DNA of 64,000 nucleotides, taken from positions 2,592 to 66,591 of the forward strand of contig CAYWVZ010000005.1 in assembly GCA_964462215.1 (NCBI GenBank), written 5' to 3'. The DNA comes from an uncultured Candidatus Saccharibacteria bacterium. GTDB taxonomy: Bacteria; Patescibacteriota; Saccharimonadia; Saccharimonadales; JAUPVS01. The translations under genes and the position numbers were made by a program. Shown piece after piece: positions 1-9,000 of this stretch. How positions within the stretch are numbered: the stretch's first letter is position 1; each line of letters starts with the position of its first letter. The notes under the pieces are model-generated. The model was given only the letters and a program-made list of their open reading frames with translations, searched no databases and was not told the DNA's origin.

Positions 1-3000
1 GTGGGCGCAACCGGCCAAACGTTCACCCTGCAGGGTGATGCCGCCAGTACCCTTACGGCCACTGGCGGCGGCTTTACAACCACTATTGGTTTTAACGGTA
101 CGCCAACTGGCAATGTAGCGTACAATTTTGACCGCTCGGTAACGGCCGGAACGTATACTATTTGTACAACCTATGGCAACTGTTCCGGTACCGGCGGCGG
201 GGTAACCACACCCGGCGGTACAACCGGCCGGATTGCTAAATTCACCGGCAGCTCAGTTATTGGCGACTCCATTTTGAGTGAAGCCGGCAGCGTCATAACG
301 GTGCTGGGCGACGCAGTTGTCCAGGGTGGCAGCCTGAGCGTGGGCGAGGCCAGCACCACCACCGGCGGCATAACGCTGTACAACGACACCAACGGCAACA
401 CGATCACGCTGCAAGCCGGGGCTACCGGCGGCAACCTGACCTTTACCTTGCCGACGGCCGACGGCACCAGCGGGCAATGTATCAAGACCGATGGCTTTGG
501 TAACTTTAGCTTTGGCGACTGTCTGGGCGGCGGAGGCGGCGGAGTCGCTTCGCTGAACGGTTTGACCGGTACGCTAAACATTTTGGGTGCGGCCGGCCAG
601 ATTACGGTTACCCCGGGCGGTTCGGACATTACTATTGCGCTTGACGATACGGCGGTAACACCAGGCAGTTATGGCAGCGCCAGCGCGGTAGCCACCTTCA
701 CGGTTGACCAGCAAGGCCGCCTAACCGCCGCTACCACCACCAGCATAGCCATTGACGCCAACCAGATTACGACAGGGACGCTGACGGTAGAGCGGGGCGG
801 CACGGGCGCCGGCACCTTTACCAGCGGCGGTATCCTCTACGGCAATGGCACCGGCGCCATCCAGGCTATGCCAGTACTGACCAACGGACAATTGCTGATA
901 GGCGACGGCAGCGGCGCACCCACCGCCGCAACTCTGACCCAAGGTACCGGCATAGACATCACCAACGGGGCAGGCAGTATCACGGTAGCCGTAGATACCA
1001 CCTACTTTGGCAGTAATTACTTCGCCCAAGACGGCAACAGCTTCGGCGCGGCGGCCATACTTGGCACTAACGACAACTTCGACCTGAACTTTGAAACGAA
1101 CGGCACGACCAAGATGACTGTGCTAGCCAACGGGAACGTGGGGATAGGAAATGCAAGCCCGCAGGCCAAGTTGCATGTTAGCGGCACAGGTCGGTTCGTA
1201 AGTGTAGGTACGGACGACTTTGCTGGCACCACCGGGTTATTTGTCCAAGCCGGCAACAGCAATACTGCTGTAAGCGCACTAACCTTAAGAAACAGGAATG
1301 CTGGTTCTGGGGCAGGGACAGATATAGATTTCAACCTGGGTGGAACCAACATGGTAATAGGGAGAATACGATATCAGCGTGATTCAGGAGGAGCATTTAC
1401 AGCATTTTATGGCTACAATGGCTCCACGGTCGCAGAACGGTTGCGAATAACCTCTAACGGAGACCTCAATATTACTGCTGGTGCCGGTACTTTACAAACT
1501 GCCGGCGTCACCCGTCTGACTAATTCCGGTGTCTTGCAAAACGTCACCAACGCTGACGCCAGCACGTTCTTTACGGGCGGCACTTTGACCGTGGCAAGAG
1601 GCGGCACCGGCATCGGCAGCGTCGGTTCAGCTGGCAGCTTGGCTTACAGCAACGGCACCACCTACGCGTTCACTGGTGTGGGCAGTGCCGGCGAATGTCT
1701 GATCAGCGACGGCGCAAACACGCCGCAATGGGGCAACTGTATCGCCGGGGCAGGCGACATACTGCAGGGTGGCAACTCCTTCGGCACCGACATGACGATT
1801 GGTACCAATGACAACTTCGCCCTGAACTTTGAGACGAACGGCACGACTAGAATGATCGTAACCAACGCCGGGGATGTTGGTATAGGCACCAGTAGCGTTA
1901 ATCCCTCCGGGTTTGGAACTCGTAGTTTGGCCGTTGCCGACACCAATACCAATGGAAGGGTACAACTGGACCTGATAGGCAATCGCTCTAGTTCGGGCAA
2001 CGTGGTCGGCCAGCTGGCTGGTTATCAAACAGCGAGTAACAGAATTGGCGCAGTTTCGTTTGTGCGCGGCACCAGTGCAAATTCGGGATACCTGCTATTT
2101 GCTACGGCGAACAGCGGCACTCTAACGGACCGTTTGTCGATTGGGCAAACGGGCAACGTCGATATATTAGGTGGTGACTTACAAACTGCCGGCGTCACTC
2201 GCCTGACTAATGCCGGTGTGCTGCAGAACGTTACGAACGCCGACGCCGGTACGTTCTTCACGGGTGGCACACTGACGGTGGCACGAGGCGGCACGGGTAT
2301 TGGCAGTGTTGGCAGCGCTGGATCCGTGGCGTTCAGCAACGGCTCAACCTACGGTTTCACCGGCGTTGGCACCTCTGGCCAATGTCTGGTTAGTGCCGGC
2401 ACTGGCACACCTACCTGGGGCGCATGTACCGGCCCGGGCGACATTTTGCAGAATGGTAACAGCTTTGGTGCTGACATGACTATTGGTACTAACGATAACT
2501 TCGCTTTGAACTTCGAGACCAACGGCACCACCAAGCTAACCGTACTGGCTAACGGCAATGTGGGTATCAACAACACTAACCCACAGACTGTCCTAGATGT
2601 TGAGGGTGTCATAACGGCGCGAGGTAACTCTGGTCAATTTGAAGCCTACAATGGTTCGGGTAACAGATACTTCAGGGTGAATACATCCGGCAACCAGGGC
2701 TACCTGGAGATTGCTAATGGTGCGGGTGCTTCACGGGTTCTACTAGATAGTAATGGTGTCTCATATTTGAATGGCGGTAGTGTAGGTATCGGCACCACTA
2801 ATCCGGCTGGTGGTAAATTAGAGGTGCGCACAAACCGTGATGTAGCCCAAGCCTTTGCAGTTACGGGGAACACGTCGTCCGAAGGTGTACGCATATTTAC
2901 AACTGATTCCTCAGCCGTAATTCATAGTTTTCAAGATGAGAGCAGTGGGTCTGCGGGTAATCTCGTAATCAGGCTGGGTGACAAGGTTGGACAAACACCA

Positions 3001-6000
3001 TTCTTTAGTGTCAACAACTACACCACAGGCTCAGACGTTAATCTTTTCCAGGTTGCCAGTAACGGTGACACCAACCTAGTCTCTGGTGCCCTCCAGACGG
3101 GCGGCACAACGCGCCTGACTAACGCCGGTGTTCTGCAAAACGTCACCAATGCCGACGCCGGTACGTTCTTCACGGGCGGTACCCTGACGGTGGCCCGTGG
3201 CGGCACGGGTATTGGTACAGTCGGCTCCGCCGGTAGCGTAGCATTTAGTAATGGCACCACCTACGGCTTCACGGCCGCTGGCACCTCCGGCCAGTGTCTG
3301 GTGAGCGCTGGCACTGGCACACCAACCTGGGGTGCCTGTACCGGCCCGGGTGACATCTTGCAGAACGGCAACAGCTTTGGTGCCGACATGACGATTGGTA
3401 CCAACGACAACTTTGCGCTGAACTTCGAGACCAACGGCACCACCAAGATGACTATAGACGCCGGTGGTAACGTTGGCATAGGCGGCAGTGCATCAAACAA
3501 GCTGACAGTGACAGGGAACACTAACATAACTGGTAACTTGGGTATTGGGCTTGCAACCTCTCCGACCGTAAAACTTTCCATAGAGGATGACATTGCTACT
3601 GCTTTTAACTCCAGCGACATTGCAGCCAGCGGCCTGCTGGCAGCAATTCGTAATGGCCAAAACAGCGTTGGTAATGCCTCTACAATACAACTTTCATCCT
3701 TTAACGCGAGAAGTACGATTAGCTCTGTCTACACCAGCACCAATAGTGCGGCCTTGGTGTTTGGTACCAATAATGGCAGTACCGCTGTGGTGGAGCGACT
3801 ACGCATTACGCCTGCCGGTAATGTAAATATCGTTAGCGGCGTGTTACAGACCGCCGGCGTCACTCGCCTGACTAGCGCTGGCGTTTTGCAGAACGTCACC
3901 AATGCCGATGCCGGGACTTTCTTCACCGGTGGCACTTTGACGGTTGCCCGTGGTGGTACCGGTATTGGCACTATAGGCAGTGCCGGTTCCGTAGCGTTTA
4001 GTAATGGCACGACTTACGGTTTCACCGGCGTCGGCACATCTGGCCAGTGTCTGGTCAGTGCCGGTGCCGGCACGCCAACCTGGGGCGCGTGTACTGGCCC
4101 GGGTGACATCTTGCAGAACGGCAACAGCTTTGGTGCTGACATGACCATCGGTACCAACGACAATTTCGCCCTTAATCTGGAAACCAATGGTACTACTAAA
4201 CTGACCGTAGGCACCAACGGTGACGTCAATATCGTGAGCGGTGTTCTGCAAACGGCCGGAACAACTCGCTTAACCAGCGCCGGCGTATTGCAAAACGTCA
4301 CCAATGCCAATGCCGCTACATTCTTTACGGGTGGTGCGCTAACTGTGCCGCGCGGCGGTACCGGCGTCGCCAGTATGACGGTAGGTGGCATCCTTTTCGG
4401 GAATGGCAGCAGTCCCATAACTAATTCCGGAGTCTTGACTAATGGTCAACTACTGATCGGTGACGGCAGCGGCGCACCAACTGTCGGTACGCTGACAGGC
4501 GGTACCGGTATCGGCGTGGTCAATGGGGCAGGGACGATTACCCTCAATCTAGCCAATACTGCAGTTACGCCCGCTTCCTACGGTTCGGCCAGCCAAGTTG
4601 CTACCTTCACCGTTGACCAGCAGGGCAGGCTGACGGCCGCCAGCAGCGTACCGATTGCCATCAATGCCAACCAAGTTACGGCCGGAACCCTAGCTATCGC
4701 TCGCGGTGGCACCAACAGTACGGCTACACCCACTGCTGGGGCTATCGCCTATGGCACCGGTTCGGCCTTTGCTTTCACTGCCGCCGGCACCAGCGGCCAG
4801 TGTCTGCTCAGTGCTGGCATTGGCGCTCCAACGTGGGGCAGTTGTAGCGGAGTCGGCGACATTGTCCAGGGCGGCAACAGCTTTGGCACAGCCATGATAA
4901 TTGGTACCAACGATAACCAAGCGTTGCAGCTCGAAACCAACGGCACCACCAAGATGACCGTGCTGCAGGGTGGGAACGTAGGAATAGGCACAACGAACCC
5001 AACCAGGAAGCTAGAAGTAGTTGGTGGTCAAATCTACACCGAGAGCACTGGAGGCCCCAGCGCCTTTATTGCTAACCGAACAGATGGAAGGGCCACTGCA
5101 CTTTTGGCTGGCAGTAGCAACTCAGCTTTCTTGTTTGATAGCAGTGGTCAGTTCCAGATACAGGCTCGTTCAAAAACGAATATTCTGGCTGGTTCGGGCA
5201 GCTCCTCGGCGGGGCTATTCACGATACTAGCTAACGGTAATGTCGGTATCGGCCCCAATATTACGCCGACGCAGCTGCTCGATGTGCAGGGCGGGAATAT
5301 TAACACTTCCGGTAATATCCTGACTGGCGGCACTACACGTTTGACCAACGCCGGTGTTCTGCAGAACGTTACCAATGCCGATGCCAGTACCTTCTTCACT
5401 GGTGGCCTGCTAGGCATAGCTCGTGGTGGTACGGGCATTGGCACTGTCGGCTCGGCCGGCAGCTTGGCCTTCAGCAATGGTAGTACCTATGCCTTTACGG
5501 CTGCTGGTTCCTCTGGCCAATGTCTGCTCAGTGCTGGTGCCGGCACCCCAACTTGGGGTAGCTGTAGCGGAGTGGGTGACATTGTCCAAGGTGGTAACTC
5601 ATTTGGTACGGTCATGACTATTGGTACCAACGACAACTTTGCCCTCAATCTAGAGACTAATGGCACGACCAAGCTTACAATTCTACCCGACGCAAGTAAT
5701 TATGTCGGCATAGGCACAACATCACCAACTGCCGGACTTCATATACTTCGTAGTGACACGCAGTTCTTGCTGATTGATAGATCTAGCAGTAACAATGCAC
5801 CCGTACAATATAGGAACACAATAGCTTCAATGTTCGCTGGTCTAGACGCTGCCGGCCACTTTGCAATTGGTCCGACTAATAACTTAAGCTCTGCTGGCCA
5901 GCTCCGAGTCCATCGTACTAGCGGAGATGTTGATGTAACCGGCGGTGCCCTGCAAACAGCCGGTACTACTCGCCTGACCAACGCTGGCGTATTACAAAAT

Positions 6001-9000
6001 GTTACCAATGCCGATATCAGTACCTTCTTTACCGGTGGTACGTTGCCGGTGGTTCGCGGTGGTACCGGTGTAACGAGCGTTGGCTCGGCTGGCAGCATTG
6101 CCTACAGTAACGGCTCTACCTACGCCTTCAGCTCGGCTGGCAGCACTGGCCAATGTCTGCTTTCGGGCGGTACCGGTTCGCCAACTTGGTCGACTTGTGC
6201 GCCGTCACCTGGCACCAGCCTTATGACTCTGCAAGGTACCAGCGGCACGCCGCAGTCTATCTTGGTGGGTGATACCGTCACAATTGCCGCCGGCACCAAC
6301 ATTACTACTACGGCCGGAGCCACCGACACCGTTACAGTGGCAGTGGTCGACAACCCGACCTTCGCGACCAGTGTTACTACCCCAGTTTTGAATGTCAGCA
6401 GCCGTATCAACGGTAATGCTTCCGACACCACTGCCGCACCAACCTACACCTGGACTGGCGACACCGCCACTGGTATCTACCGCCCAGGCGCCGGCCAGGT
6501 AGGCATAACCAGTGGTGGCACAACCATAGCGACTTTCAGTAGTACGGAAGTTAATTTATCATCCAGTGTTCGGCTTAATCTAGCAGGGGTGCCAGTGGTT
6601 GAGGGTAGTGCGGGTAGTGCTAACCCTAAGGTTTTCCGTAACCTTGCTTCATATTACTCAACGGCTAGTCCGGACACTGGTGCTATCGTTATAAAGACCA
6701 ACATACCGCGCGGTAACTTACTGAATCGTGTACGCCTGCTCGGATATGTATACGACTCTGGAAATCAATCACCTGTACTCGATGTTACTATATCGGGATA
6801 CTGGTACGATAGCGGCTACAGTTGGCCTAACCGGGGCTATGTTTATGAAGGTCGGCAGCCAAGCAACGTGCGCTTTGGTGTGGATGCCGGTGACAACGTG
6901 GTCATTATCGTAGGTGACGTGGCAGATACTTGGCACGATCCAAGCTTCCATATTACTGAATGGCTGGTGTCTAGAAACAATAGCACAGTTCCCGATTCTT
7001 ATGGTGACAATTGGGAGGTTGGTATAGAGAATGACCTTAGTGCTTACAGTAATATGTCATCTGTACCTGATACCACTAAGGGCTCCACAGCCAATCCATT
7101 CACGGCATTTAACGTAAGCGGCACCACTACATCGGGTTCGTTTATCCAAGGCGTGAACCAGGTCTGTGACGTCAGTAACAACTGTAACTACGCCACCGCC
7201 GGCCAGTTTGCCACGGCCATAGTTCAGGGCGGCAACAGCTTCGGTACTGACATGACGATCGGTACTAACGACAACTTTGACCTCAACCTTAAAACCAACG
7301 GTGTCACCCGTCTGATCATAAGAGCTAACGGTAACATCAACATACCCTCTAGCGCCCTGCAAACCGGCGGTACCACCCGCTTAACCAGCGCCGGTGTTCT
7401 GCAAAACGTCACCAACGCCAACGCTGGCACCTTCTTCACGGGCGGTACGTTGCCAAATGCCCAACTGGTCAACAGCGGTGCTTTGACGGTTACGGCTGGT
7501 ACCGGTTTGAGTGGTGGCGGGTCAGTGGCGCTAGGCGGCACCACCACGATTGACCTAGCTAACACCACGGTAGCCGCCGGTTCTTATGGTTCGGCCAGCC
7601 AGGTCGCCACCTTTACGGTTGACGCCCAAGGCCGCTTGACTGCTGCTGCGGACACCAGTATCGCCATAGATGCTACGCAAATTACCGGCGGTACGTTACC
7701 GGTTGCCCGCGGCGGTACCGGTGCCGCCACCTTTACCAGCGGCGGCATATTGTATGGCAACGGCACGGGCGCGGTGCAAGCCACACCGGTGCTGACCAAC
7801 GGCCAGTTACTCATTGGCGACGGCAGCGGCGCACCAACCGTTGGCACACTGACGCAAGGCACCGGCATAGACATTGCCAACGGCGCCGGCACTATCACCG
7901 TAGGCCTAGACACTACCTACCTTGGCAGCAACTACTTTGCCCAGGGCGGCAACAGCTTTGGCGGGGCAGCTACGCTGGGCACCAACGACAGCAACGTCTT
8001 AAACCTGGAAACTGCCGGCACCACCAAGGTAACCATAGACACCAGTGGCAACACCAATATAGTCAGCGGCGCCCTGCAAACCAACGGCACCACCCGGCTG
8101 ACTAACGGCGGCGCCCTGCAGAACATCTCTACCATTACGGCTTCCAGCACAGTTACCGCCGCGCTGTTCTCCGGCTCCGGCGCTAGCTTGACCAGCCTTA
8201 ACGCTTCTAACTTGTCATCTGGCACGGTAGCTAACGCCCGGATCAGCGGCGCCTACACTAACTTCAGCAACATTACCGGTTCCGGCAATGTAGACTTCGC
8301 CCGATTTTTGGGCAACACGGCAGACTCAGCCGGCGCCCCGAGCTTCTCGTGGACGGGCGATCCCAACACCGGCATGTACTGGATTGGCGCCGACCAGATT
8401 GGCTTCAGCACCGGCAGCGCCCTGCGCGTAGGTATAAGCAGTTCCGGTCTTGATGTAGCCAGCGGCAACCTACTAACCGGCGGCACTATCCGTGTTACGA
8501 GCGCTGGCGCTCTGCAGAACATTACCACCGTAACCACCTCCGGTGCGATTAACGGCCAAACCATCTCGTCGGCGGCAAACTTCACCGGCACCCTGAACGT
8601 GGTAACCAGCGTGACCAGCCCGACCTACAATGTCGGTACGCGCATCCAAGGTACCAATGTGGGTAGTCCTAGTGTACCGACGTACACTTGGAGCGCAAAC
8701 CCTGACACCGGTATATATTACGTTGGTATTGCTTCTGCTATCGGCTTTTCCATTGACGGCTCGCTCAAAGCGACCATTAGCACCGGCGGCTTCGGGGTTA
8801 GTGGTTCTATAAGCTTTGATCAGGCTTTAGGTCAGGGCTCATCGGGCGCGCCAACATATAGTTTTTTTAACGATACCAACACCGGTATGTACCGGGCTGG
8901 CGCCGACCAAATCGGCTTTAGTGCCGGTGGTACCACAGGAATGAGGGTCGACACCGGGGGGGTTGACGTGATTGGCGCCCTGGCAGTCACCGGTACCCAG

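Noticed and set aside
8956-8962. A G7 homopolymer inside the giant gene (and another in the parA Walker A codons at about 15491-15497) as a possible phase-variation switch.
   Set aside because: G6-G7 runs also occur in several housekeeping genes in this window (for example near 42180 and 45115). They correspond to ordinary Gly codons, so there is no evidence of contingency-locus behaviour.
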